Source: a virus
Taxonomy: Duplodnaviria > Caudoviricetes
Length of the DNA: 40,547 nucleotides
Strand: one strand, 5' to 3'
IMG/VR virus record: IMGVR_UViG_3300049792_000058
Coordinates: 1-40,547 of that record
Shown here: positions 7,987 through 16,202 of the stretch, one piece after another
Numbering within the stretch: position 1 is the stretch's first letter
Layout: each line of letters starts with the position of its first letter
Notes under the pieces: model-generated
The model's input: the letters and a program-made list of their open reading frames with translations, nothing else
Told to the model about the DNA's origin: nothing
Databases searched by the model: none
Made by a program: the position numbers and the translations under genes

Positions 7987-9677
7987 TGCCGAAGAGCGTG
8001 AGCCCCCACACCGTGCGGGTCCGTGTAGGTGACGGTAAGGCCACGGGCCAGCGCGGCATGATGCGGCTGCCCGCGTCGCTCAGCGCAGAGGTGGCGGCCT
8101 CCCGCAAGCTGCGCCTGGAAGCGATGGCGGCGACGCTCCGCCCGCTCGGTCTCCCGGGGGACTCCCTGGCCTGGCTTCGGAAAGCGTGCCGCCAGGAGAG
8201 CGCCGCGGCCTTCACCGTGATGGAGAAGCTGGTAGCGCGCTTCGTGCGCGAGCAGAGCCAGAAGCAAACGAAGGCGGTAGGGCTCCACGATAAAACCTTT
8301 CGCGAGCTCGCCGACGACTGGACCAGTGGGCGGCTCGCCAAGAAGCACCCGGACTACATCGGGCTCAAGGCCTCGAGCGCGGACGATGCCCAGCGGCTCG
8401 GGGTCATTTGTAACACCATCGGGCACATCGCCATCCGTAAGCTCACCATCGAGGACATCGAGCGGGCCTGCCTGCCCTCTAACCTCCCGAAGGCGGTCAA
8501 GAGCGGCAACACCCGGCGCCAATACAAGCAGGCCATCAAGACGCTCATCGGGTATGCGGTCGCGCCCGTCGGGCTCATCACGGAGAAGGACAACCCCATC
8601 CCGCGTAAAAACTTTCTGCCCAAAAAGCAGAAGGCGCCGATCTACACCTTCCTGTTTCCGACGGAGGACCTGCAGCTCATGCGGTGCGCGACCGTGCCGA
8701 TCATGATGCGTCTCCTTTATGGCTTTCTGGTCCGCGAAGGCCAGCGCGTGGACCACGTGCTCCGGATGACCTGGCGCGACGTCGACGCCGTGAACAACAT
8801 CATGGTGACGGGCCGCACGAAAACCGATCCGGGCCACGACTGGATCGCCGACCCGGGCACCATCCGCGCCTTCGTGCTCATGCGTGGCGACGCGGGCGAT
8901 GATGACCTCATCTTCCCCGGCATCAGCGCCAGCGACCAGATTGAGCTGGCCACTACGTTCCGGGCCCACCTCTGGGAGGCGGGTTGCCGGCGGGACGCCA
9001 TCCACCACGCCAAGGAGGGACACGGGATGCTCCGCCTCCACGACCTGCGTGCTTCCCACGTGACCATCGCGCTCGCGCTCGGCCGGAGCAACCACGACGT
9101 GAAGGCGCGCACCGGGCACAAGAGCGACCAGACCCTGGCGCTCTACTCCCGCAAGGTGAGCATCGCCAGGAAGCTGGCGCTCACCGACTGGACCCCGCTC
9201 GATGAGGCGCTCGGCCTGAGCCGGCCCGCGGTTAAAATAGCTGACGAAAGTTCGCCCGCGGACGTGTCGGCCGAGCTTCCAGATCGGGGGGGGGTGGGCA
9301 GCAGGGTGGGCAGCGTTTCAGTGCTCGTTCCGAATTCCTTAATCATTACGGGTGGGTCGAGCGGGATTCGAACCCACGACCAGCGGATTAAAAGTCCAGT
9401 TAGAGGCAAAAGCGGCAAACATGAGACCACAAAAACACCGGTAAAAGCCGCAAGTAGCTACCCTGAAACACCTAGCTGCCCACCCTCTGATGGGGGGGTG
9501 GGCAGCGCCGTTGATGCCGAAGCGGTCCTCCTTCGCTCGATGGACCAGGCGGCGAAGGACGGCCGCTATGACTTCGCCGCGGAGTGTCTCGCCGAGCTCC
9601 GCGAGCGCCGCCGTAAGCGCGATGCGCCGGGCCTATCCAGCCTCGATGAGCAGCGCGCGAAGCGGGGCGGCAAGTGA
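7986..9677 (+). CDS. int: Tyrosine integrase (563 aa) with attP inside its 3' region
   Basis: Catalytic pattern GQR, HDLR (HxxR), TGH, LALY; long C-terminal extension that crosses the tRNA fragment. Confidence 0.92.
   Translation: MPKSVSPHTVRVRVGDGKATGQRGMMRLPASLSAEVAASRKLRLEAMAATLRPLGLPGDSLAWLRKACRQESAAAFTVMEKLVARFVREQSQKQTKAVGLHDKTFRELADDWTSGRLAKKHPDYIGLKASSADDAQRLGVICNTIGHIAIRKLTIEDIERACLPSNLPKAVKSGNTRRQYKQAIKTLIGYAVAPVGLITEKDNPIPRKNFLPKKQKAPIYTFLFPTEDLQLMRCATVPIMMRLLYGFLVREGQRVDHVLRMTWRDVDAVNNIMVTGRTKTDPGHDWIADPGTIRAFVLMRGDAGDDDLIFPGISASDQIELATTFRAHLWEAGCRRDAIHHAKEGHGMLRLHDLRASHVTIALALGRSNHDVKARTGHKSDQTLALYSRKVSIARKLALTDWTPLDEALGLSRPAVKIADESSPADVSAELPDRGGVGSRVGSVSVLVPNSLIITGGSSGIRTHDQRIKSPVRGKSGKHETTKTPVKAASSYPETPSCPPSDGGVGSAVDAEAVLLRSMDQAAKDGRYDFAAECLAELRERRRKRDAPGLSSLDEQRAKRGGK
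9292..9506. repeat. Four GGGTGGGCAGC copies, putative integrase arm-binding sites
   Basis: Direct copies at 9292-9302, 9304-9314 and 9496-9506, inverted copy at 9475-9485; two on each side of the att core. Confidence 0.75.
9351..9397 (-). mobile_element. attP: attP core: 3' half of a tRNA-Lys(UUU)
   Basis: Minus strand GGA-CTTTTAA-TCCGC-TGGTC-GTGGG-TTCGAAT-CCCGC-TCGACCC-ACC gives anticodon loop (UUU), T arm and 3' acceptor strand. No D arm or 5' acceptor strand is present. Confidence 0.88.
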
Positions 9678-10192
9678 ACCTTTACGAGGTCACGTTCAAG
9701 CGGGATGGCTCGGTCCAGAGCGTCACCCTGCTACCCACCGGCCACGCCCCGACCCGCTTCGTGGTTCAGGCGCGGAACGAGGGCGAAGCCAAGCAGGTGG
9801 CCTGGCGCCTTTACTGCTCGGTCAAGAAGGAGAAAGCCAAGGTCCGGTTGGCCGCCGAGGGGCGGTGCAGTTGCGGCCGCAAGCGTGACCGCGTGCTCAA
9901 TGGCAAGCCGCTGAAAACCTGCCTGGTGTGCGCCGAGCGGCGGAAAACCTACCACCGCAACTTCACCGTGCGGGAGCAGAGCGGCACCGTTGGCCAGGGA
10001 ATCGCCGAACGCGACGAGTCGGCTCGACTGGCGGCCAACCACGAGCGCCAGCGTGACCGCCGCGCCGAGCTTCGGCTCGAGGTGCTCTGCGAGGTGCAGC
10101 AGCAGTGGGCCAACGCCCGCAACGTCGGCGTGTTCACGAAGTGGCTGCAGGACCAGATCGCGCTGTGCACTGGCGAGAAGCACGTCGCCTAA
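9674..10192 (+). CDS. Zn-finger-containing hypothetical protein (172 aa)
   Basis: CSCG...CLVC; GTG overlaps the int stop codon. Confidence 0.75.
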   Translation: MNLYEVTFKRDGSVQSVTLLPTGHAPTRFVVQARNEGEAKQVAWRLYCSVKKEKAKVRLAAEGRCSCGRKRDRVLNGKPLKTCLVCAERRKTYHRNFTVREQSGTVGQGIAERDESARLAANHERQRDRRAELRLEVLCEVQQQWANARNVGVFTKWLQDQIALCTGEKHVA

Positions 10193-10244
10193 GACTCACC
10201 CCGGCGCATGAAGTGCCGGGCCAACCCACCACGGACGGTGAACT

Positions 10245-11240
10245 ATGCGAGAGACCTACATCCCCCTTTTCCAGAACATGCTCACGAGCAGCGTCTGGGC
10301 CACCCCAGCGGAGACGCGTTGCGTCTGGCTCGCGCTGATGCTGAGCGCCGATCCGGAGGGCTACGTGTGCGCCTCCGTGCCGGGGCTGGCCGTGGCGGCG
10401 AACATCCCACTCGACAAGACACGCCAGGCCATCGAGCTATTCGAGTCGCCGGACCCCGACTCGCGCAGCGATGCGAACGAGGGGAGGCGCATCGAGCGGG
10501 TCCCCCGGGGCTGGCGCATCATCAACTTCATGGCGGCCGCCGATCGCGCGCGCCACGAAGCGGCGAAGGCACGCAAGCGCCGTTGGATGAACGACCACCG
10601 GCGCAAGGAGCGCGGGCTCGATCTCGACCTGGTTGACGCGGAAGATGACGATTGTGGACGCGATGTGGAGCCTAGTGGCGAAACCGTAGACGCATCCAAA
10701 TCCAAATCCAAATCTATCCCCTCCTCAGAAGGAGGGGATCCCCCTACCCCCATTACGGTGCCACCGGTGGAGGCTCAGGGGACGCCGACGGTCTGGCGCA
10801 CCCTCAAGGGCTGGACGATGTCGGATGCGCTCCGCGCCGAGGCGCTGGCGGCTGGAGTGCACCCGGACGACATCGAGCCCCGGCTCGCCGAGCTCGGCAA
10901 CGGACCCATCGGTGGCACCCGCGGCGTGCTCGACCGGGATGCCTACGTGCGGAGTCAGTTCGGAAAGTGGCGGACGTGGGGAGAGACCGAGCGCGCGAAG
11001 GCCCAGCAGGCGGCCCAGGCGCCACCAGGAGCGCGCTTCAGCGGCGGAGCGGGGGTGCGGTGGGAGCCGAACGGCAAACACAAGCGCTACGCCAAGGAGC
11101 GCGGGCTCGACCTGGCGAAGCACGCCGCCGAGTACATCCGGAGCGGCGAGCCCCAGGAGCGCTCCATCAAGGACGCCGATCGCGCCTTCGGGTTGCGCCT
11201 TCAAGCGGCGTTCGAAGCGAAGGGCGGGCGGGCAGCATGA
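10245..11240 (+). CDS. Phage replication initiator (λ O-like position, N-terminal wHTH)
   Basis: YIPLF..MLTSSVW..VWLALMLSAD..SPDPDSRS..EGRRIERV..GW.IINF is typical of phage replisome organisers; internal repeats. Confidence 0.75.
   Translation: MRETYIPLFQNMLTSSVWATPAETRCVWLALMLSADPEGYVCASVPGLAVAANIPLDKTRQAIELFESPDPDSRSDANEGRRIERVPRGWRIINFMAAADRARHEAAKARKRRWMNDHRRKERGLDLDLVDAEDDDCGRDVEPSGETVDASKSKSKSIPSSEGGDPPTPITVPPVEAQGTPTVWRTLKGWTMSDALRAEALAAGVHPDDIEPRLAELGNGPIGGTRGVLDRDAYVRSQFGKWRTWGETERAKAQQAAQAPPGARFSGGAGVRWEPNGKHKRYAKERGLDLAKHAAEYIRSGEPQERSIKDADRAFGLRLQAAFEAKGGRAA
10632..10714. repeat. Putative replication origin: phased iteron-like octamers plus (TCCAAA)3
   Basis: GTTGACGC 10632, GTGGACGC 10654, GTGGAGCC 10665, GTAGACGC 10686 at roughly 11-bp multiples, then TCCAAA x3 at 10695-10712, all inside the rep gene. 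Confidence 0.5.
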
Positions 11241-11332
11241 ACGAATTCAAGCCGCTGCTCGTGTTCATACTCCTGGTCGTGGTGTTCCTGTTCCTCGGCT
11301 CGCTCGGTCTCATCGATCGGAAGGGCCCATGA
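11237..11332 (+). CDS. 31-aa membrane peptide
   Basis: MNEFKPLLVFILLVVVFLFLGSLGLIDRKGP; ATGA overlaps at both ends. Confidence 0.6.
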   Translation: MNEFKPLLVFILLVVVFLFLGSLGLIDRKGP

Positions 11333-11961
11333 GGACGCTGGTGCTTCTATCGGGCGGGCTCGATTCCGTGGCCGCGCTCATCTGGGCGGAAGAGACCGGC
11401 CACGAGCCACACGCTCTCTTTTTTGACTACGGGCAACCGTCCGCGCAACACGAGATCGAGTCGGCAATTCGGGCCACGCGCGCGCTCGCCGTGAGGTTCC
11501 ACCGGTGCGATCTGCGGAGCGCCTTCGGCGGGCAAGCCACTGGGCTTTTCTTCCCGTCGGCATCGAGCACGGTGAACGGCGTGGACACGGCCTTCGTGCC
11601 GTGCCGCAACGTGGTGCTGCTCACGGTGGCCGCGGCGCGCGCGGCCGTGCTCTGGCCCGGTGAGGACATGGCGCTGGTGGTCGGCTTCAACCAGCCCGAC
11701 ACCCTGGGGTTTCCAGACTGCACGGCGGACTTCATGCTCCAGCTGGAAGCGACCATCAACGTCGGCAACGCGGACAAGCCGCACGTCCGCATCGCGGCGC
11801 CCTGGCGTGGCGACACCAAGCCCGGAGTCGTGGGGTGGGTCAGAAAGCACGCCCCGGCCAGGATGGCGCTGCTCGAGGAGTCCTGGAGCTGTTACCGGGA
11901 GCGCGGCCCGTGCGGCGTTTGCACCGCTTGCGTCACGCGCGCCGGAGCCTTCGCCACATGA
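11329..11961 (+). CDS. queC: 7-cyano-7-deazaguanine synthase QueC-like protein
   Basis: SGGLDS PP-loop, FDYGQ, FVPCRN, GFPDC, and SWSCY...CGVCTAC Zn site. Confidence 0.9.
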   Translation: MRTLVLLSGGLDSVAALIWAEETGHEPHALFFDYGQPSAQHEIESAIRATRALAVRFHRCDLRSAFGGQATGLFFPSASSTVNGVDTAFVPCRNVVLLTVAAARAAVLWPGEDMALVVGFNQPDTLGFPDCTADFMLQLEATINVGNADKPHVRIAAPWRGDTKPGVVGWVRKHAPARMALLEESWSCYRERGPCGVCTACVTRAGAFAT

Positions 11962-12647
11962 TCCGCTTCCTAACTGGCCACACGAACTCCGGCGTGGAGG
12001 CGGTAGCTTTCACCCGTAACATCGGGCTGATGATTCAGCCGGGAAATTCCTATCACCTCCGGGTGGACCGCTTCCCGATGTGGGCCGGCGACAATGGCGC
12101 TTTCACCAAGTCAGCCGGCGGCTTCAGCGCGGAGAAGTTCCGGCGCATGCTCGGCCGCCCGGAACTGCTCGCGGCCCGCTCCACCTGCCTGTTCATCGTG
12201 GCCCCCGACAAGCTCCAGGTCCTGCCGGACGGGACCGTCATCGGGGACGCGGCGGGGACGCTCGAGCAATTCGAGCCGTGGGCAAAGGAGATCCGGGCCG
12301 CCGGCTACCCCGTGGCGCTGGTCGCTCAGAACGGCCTGGAGACGATGCTGGACCGCGTGCCGTGGGATCTGGTGGACGTGCTCTTCATCGGCGGGGACAC
12401 CAATTGGAAGCTATCGGACGCGGCGCGCGTCTGCTTGGCAGAAGCAAAACACAGGGGAAAGGGCACTCACATGGGACGGGTCAATTCACTAACGCGGCTC
12501 AGCAAAGCCGCATCGATGCTGGTCGACACGGCGGATGGGACGTTCCTGATGTTCGCTCCGGTCACTAACCTGCCCCGCCTGTTGCACTGGCTGAGCGTGG
12601 TGAACCGCGGCGTGCAAGCCCTGCTGCCCTGGAGAGCGACGCCATGA
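11958..12647 (+). CDS. TGT/DpdA-like base-exchange transglycosylase (229 aa)
   Basis: DNGAF, APD, VAQNG, FIGG, HMGRVNS and DTADGT parallel TGT-fold motifs (DSGGF, LD, QG, IGG, H.LG, D.FD); coupled to queC. Confidence 0.65.
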   Translation: MIRFLTGHTNSGVEAVAFTRNIGLMIQPGNSYHLRVDRFPMWAGDNGAFTKSAGGFSAEKFRRMLGRPELLAARSTCLFIVAPDKLQVLPDGTVIGDAAGTLEQFEPWAKEIRAAGYPVALVAQNGLETMLDRVPWDLVDVLFIGGDTNWKLSDAARVCLAEAKHRGKGTHMGRVNSLTRLSKAASMLVDTADGTFLMFAPVTNLPRLLHWLSVVNRGVQALLPWRATP

Positions 12648-12826
12648 GCGGTCCCGAGCTCGCCGCGTTCGATCCGCCGAAGGAGTTGGTAGACCACCTC
12701 ATCCGCAAGCACAAGCTCCGGAACGAGTCGGGGATCGTCGTGTGTTGGCAGTGCCGCTACAAGCCAGCGCTCACCCCGAGCCTCTACTGCCAGCACTGCC
12801 TGGACCACCACCGGAGCAAGCGCTGA
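12644..12826 (+). CDS. Small Zn-finger protein (60 aa)
   Basis: CWQC...CQHC; coupled on both sides. Confidence 0.7.
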   Translation: MSGPELAAFDPPKELVDHLIRKHKLRNESGIVVCWQCRYKPALTPSLYCQHCLDHHRSKR

Positions 12827-13413
12827 TGCTGGGCACGGCTCCCAAGAACCACCCTCACCAGTCGGTGAAGCGTGGCGTGGACGACAACGTAGACGACCGA
12901 GAGACGCCGCCCTGCGTGTTCGATCCGCTGCACGCGGAATTCAGTTTCACGCTGGACGTTGCCGCGAGCAAACACAACGCGAAGTGCAAGAGCTTCTGCA
13001 CGCTCGCCGGCACCTTCGCCTGGTCCGACACTAACCCTCACCCGGGTGAGGGGTCATGTTGGGACGTGGAGACTGGCCTCGAGTACCCCTGGGCAGGGGA
13101 GCGGGTCTGGTGCAACCCACCCTTCTCGGGGCTGTTGCCCTGGGTGGAGCGGGCCTGGAGCGAGCCGGCGGAGGTGGTGGTGATGCTCCTGCCGAACAAC
13201 CGCCAGGAGCAGCCGTTCTGGCAAGACTGCGTGGAACCGTACCGGGACCGCCCGGGCTCCATCCTCACCACGCGCTTCATTCGACGGCGCCGCCCGTTCC
13301 TGCACATGGGCCAGGGCATCGGCAACCGCACATCCAAGTCTCCGCCCTTCGGGCTGGTGGCTCTGGTGTGGGATCGACGCTCTCCCATCATCGCTCCGCG
13401 CTCTGCGCGCTGA
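12826..13413 (+). CDS. Phage DNA N6-adenine methyltransferase (Dam-like family)
   Basis: ETP..F..L..EF.FTLDVAA..NAK and VWCNPPFS catalytic motif. Confidence 0.85.
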   Translation: MLGTAPKNHPHQSVKRGVDDNVDDRETPPCVFDPLHAEFSFTLDVAASKHNAKCKSFCTLAGTFAWSDTNPHPGEGSCWDVETGLEYPWAGERVWCNPPFSGLLPWVERAWSEPAEVVVMLLPNNRQEQPFWQDCVEPYRDRPGSILTTRFIRRRRPFLHMGQGIGNRTSKSPPFGLVALVWDRRSPIIAPRSAR

Positions 13414-13500
13414 GCCGTTCCGACACGTAATTCGCACACGCGACCCGCGGCACCATCTTGCCGACTGTCAGGTTTATACAATACTCTAGTGAGGTTCCCC

Positions 13501-13689
13501 ATGTTCCAAATCGAATACATCAGCGCCCGCCGTCTCAAGCAGGAGCGAGCCGAAGATCTCGACTGGTCCCCCATCCCGTCACTCTGCTTCGATGACGAGC
13601 AGGCCGCCCAGGCTGAAGCGGACCTACTCGATGCGGAGACCGATGGTGACTACAAGCATCGGGTCCGGCCGATGGCGGTGGCCGCGTGA
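13501..13689 (+). CDS. Hypothetical protein (62 aa)
   Basis: GAGG RBS before ATG 13501, after an AT-richer gap that may hold a promoter. Confidence 0.65.
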   Translation: MFQIEYISARRLKQERAEDLDWSPIPSLCFDDEQAAQAEADLLDAETDGDYKHRVRPMAVAA

Positions 13690-13931
13690 GCCAGGCCCAG
13701 CGGCGCGAGCGCGCGAGTTGCGAAGCATTCGAGCGCCAGATGTCCCGGCTTCACTTTGAGCTCTCGATGGGCACGGCTCGGCGCCACCTCGATGTGCTCT
13801 TGGAATTCCTGGAGAGCTTGCTCCCCCAGACGGGCGGGAGCCTGCAGACCGAGAGCTACGCCCGCCAGCTGAAGGAGGCGCACCACCGCGTCTCGACCCG
13901 CCACAACCTCCGCCTTTTGAAAGGACGCTAA
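13686..13931 (+). CDS. Hypothetical protein (81 aa)
   Basis: Coupled on both sides. Confidence 0.65.
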   Translation: MSQAQRRERASCEAFERQMSRLHFELSMGTARRHLDVLLEFLESLLPQTGGSLQTESYARQLKEAHHRVSTRHNLRLLKGR

Positions 13932-15526
13932 TGACCCAATATCGAAGCATCGCCCTGGTTGATATCTCCTACCTGTTCAAGCGGAACTACATGGCCGCCG
14001 TCAACGGGAGCAGCCCGGGAGCAGCCGCGCAAAAAACCCTGGATAACCTGGCCAGTATCCGCGAGTCCGCTGATCACGTGGTGGTGTGTTGCGACGCTCC
14101 GCCCTACAAGCGCAAGCTGGTATTCGCTGACTACAAGGCCCTGCGCGAAAAGCCCGAAGAGGCGGAGCTGGCTCAGAAGCGCTGGGTGATGACGCGCCTG
14201 AAGGAGCAGGGCTACCAGATCGCCAAGAGCCCCGGCTACGAAGCGGACGATATCATCGCGACGCTCGCTCGCGTGTACGGCGAGAGCTGCCCGGAGGTGC
14301 GTCTCATCGCGTCCGATAAGGACATCGCCCAGTGTGTGACGGATAACGTGATTCAGCACATCCCCCCGACGGGTGAGCGCAAGTGGGAGCGACGGGACGT
14401 GCTCGGGGTGAAAGCCAAGTTTGGGGTCTACCCCCACGAGATGCCGCTCTGGCAAGCCCTAGCCGGCGATAGCACCGATAACGTCCCCGGGGTGCCCGGC
14501 ATCGGCCAGAAGAAGGCGGCCCAGCTGGTGTGCGAATTCAAGACGCTCGCCGGCATCGCGGAGGCCCTGGCGAGCGGGAGCAAGACGGGCGCGATGTGGA
14601 AGAGCCTGGCCGAGCACTGGGCGGAATTGAAGCTCAGTCTCGATCTGGTGACGCTCGACACCCATGTCCCGCTCGACCACACCGCCCTACTCGGCAAGCT
14701 ACCGGTCAAGCCGATGGCGGTGGACAACATGAACGTGGACTCGATGGGATCGGACTCGATGAGCGCGACCGCTTCGGATAGCATGCCGGGCTTCATGCCG
14801 AACACCACGCCAGAGCCGGAGCCCGTGAAGCCAGAGCCCCCCGTGGCCGTGACCGAAGCGGCGGCGCCGCCCGTCCAGGTGGTGACCGAAGCGGAATTCG
14901 ACCCCATCAGCCCGCCGCCGAACGCGCCGCCTCGAGCGCCCGTGCCGGCGCCGCCGCTCCCGAAGCAGGACACGGGGACCGTGAGCAACGTGACGGCGCT
15001 GGTGCGCGAGCCCACGAACTACGGCCTGGTGACGGATGACCTCCAGCCCTGCGATCTGCGGAGCGCGCAGCTGACGAGCAAGTGGCTTTTCGAAGGCGGG
15101 CTCTACCCCCAGTTTCAAAACCCGTGCGCCGTGTTCAGTGTCATTGCGCGGGGCAAGGAGATGGGGCTCAAGATGACCACCAGCCTGGCGAGCTTTCACG
15201 TGGTGGAGGGTAAGCCCGTGGCGAGCGCGGACCTCATCCGGGCCCTGGCCGAGCGGGACCCGAAGTGTGAGTACTTCCGGAAGATCCATTCCGATCGGGA
15301 GAGCGTCACCTGGGAGACGAAGCACCGGGACCACCCGAGTCCCACCACCTACACCTACACTTGGCAGGATGCGGTGGACGCGGGCCTGAGCAACCGGGAC
15401 ATCTGGAAGAAACGGCGCATCGAGATGCTGAGCAAGACGGCGTCCAGCAAGCTCGCGCGCGAGGTCTACGCCGGCTCCACCCTGGGCCTCTACTGCCCCG
15501 AAGAGATGGAGCAGGAGGCAGCGTGA
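13931..15526 (+). CDS. Fusion of a FEN/PolI-type 5'-3' nuclease and a RecT/Redβ-like annealase (531 aa)
   Basis: N-terminus: LVD, CD, RK..DYK, EADD, SDKD, GDSTDNVPGVPGIG.K.A (H3TH). Pro-rich linker. C-terminus: G.EMGL..SL..FHVVEGKP, A.DAGL..W..ML...A....R....LGLY..EEM. Confidence 0.85.
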   Translation: MTQYRSIALVDISYLFKRNYMAAVNGSSPGAAAQKTLDNLASIRESADHVVVCCDAPPYKRKLVFADYKALREKPEEAELAQKRWVMTRLKEQGYQIAKSPGYEADDIIATLARVYGESCPEVRLIASDKDIAQCVTDNVIQHIPPTGERKWERRDVLGVKAKFGVYPHEMPLWQALAGDSTDNVPGVPGIGQKKAAQLVCEFKTLAGIAEALASGSKTGAMWKSLAEHWAELKLSLDLVTLDTHVPLDHTALLGKLPVKPMAVDNMNVDSMGSDSMSATASDSMPGFMPNTTPEPEPVKPEPPVAVTEAAAPPVQVVTEAEFDPISPPPNAPPRAPVPAPPLPKQDTGTVSNVTALVREPTNYGLVTDDLQPCDLRSAQLTSKWLFEGGLYPQFQNPCAVFSVIARGKEMGLKMTTSLASFHVVEGKPVASADLIRALAERDPKCEYFRKIHSDRESVTWETKHRDHPSPTTYTYTWQDAVDAGLSNRDIWKKRRIEMLSKTASSKLAREVYAGSTLGLYCPEEMEQEAA

Positions 15527-15843
15527 CCCAGCCGGAGCAACTCACGGTGGAGGAGCGGGCGGACATCGTCCAGCTCTGCGCCGACGGCGACATATCGGAG
15601 AGCGAAGAGCACAACATCCGCAAGCTCCTACGCATCCACGACGCACTCATCGTGCGCGCTGCAGAGCTGGAGGACCGGACGTGCACGCCCGCGGAGTGCC
15701 GGGTGCTGAAGGAGATGGAGGCTCTGCACATCGTGCACACCACGTACCCGGATGGCCAGAGCACGACGGAGTGGGATGATGTCTTGCCCGCGATCAGAGC
15801 CGAGTTGGCCCGTCGCGCCGACGCCGAAGAGCGGAAGCTATGA
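15523..15843 (+). CDS. Hypothetical protein (106 aa)
   Basis: GTG 15523 after a GGAGG RBS; coupled on both sides. Confidence 0.65.
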   Translation: MTQPEQLTVEERADIVQLCADGDISESEEHNIRKLLRIHDALIVRAAELEDRTCTPAECRVLKEMEALHIVHTTYPDGQSTTEWDDVLPAIRAELARRADAEERKL

Positions 15844-16202
15844 GATACGCCATCACGCCGTGCCCGAAGCCGCGCCAGACCCGGGCGGACAAGTGGAAGC
15901 AGCGGCCGTGCGTGATGCGCTATCGCGCCTTCAAGGACAAGTGCCGGGCGCTTCGCGTGAAGCTGCCCGGCCCGTGCAAGGTGGTTTTCGAGATTGCGAT
16001 GCCGGCGAGCTGGAGCGAGCGGAAGCGCAACTGGATGCACGGCGCGCCGCACCAGCAGAAGCCGGACCTGGACAACCTGCTCAAAGCGCTGTTGGACGCG
16101 CTCTACGACAATGACGCTTCAGTGGCGAACGTCTGGGCCCTGAAGGTCTGGGCCAAAACCCCAGGTATCCACATCTCCCCGCTCGAGGAGGCTCTCCGCT
16201 AG
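15840..16202 (+). CDS. rusA: RusA-family Holliday junction resolvase
   Basis: PKPR and KPDLDNLLKALLDAL..DNDA..V motifs. Confidence 0.9.
   Translation: MRYAITPCPKPRQTRADKWKQRPCVMRYRAFKDKCRALRVKLPGPCKVVFEIAMPASWSERKRNWMHGAPHQQKPDLDNLLKALLDALYDNDASVANVWALKVWAKTPGIHISPLEEALR

Noticed and set aside
9351-9425. Complete phage-encoded tRNA-Lys gene
   Set aside because: The D arm and 5' acceptor strand are missing and anticodon-stem pairing breaks beyond 9397; it is an att core.
9475-9506. GC-rich hairpin as an intrinsic terminator
   Set aside because: No U-tract on either side, and the same 11-mer occurs as direct repeats across the core, which favours arm-type sites.
10825-11957. Long N-terminal extensions on QueC (from 10825) and the TGT-like gene (from 11835)
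   Set aside because: They overlap upstream genes and lack motifs; ATGA-coupled starts at 11329 and 11958 fit better.
13455-13490. Defined sigma70 promoter before the recombination genes
   Set aside because: TTGCCG and TACAAT are only 13 bp apart and other -10 choices are weak. A promoter is plausible but cannot be placed.
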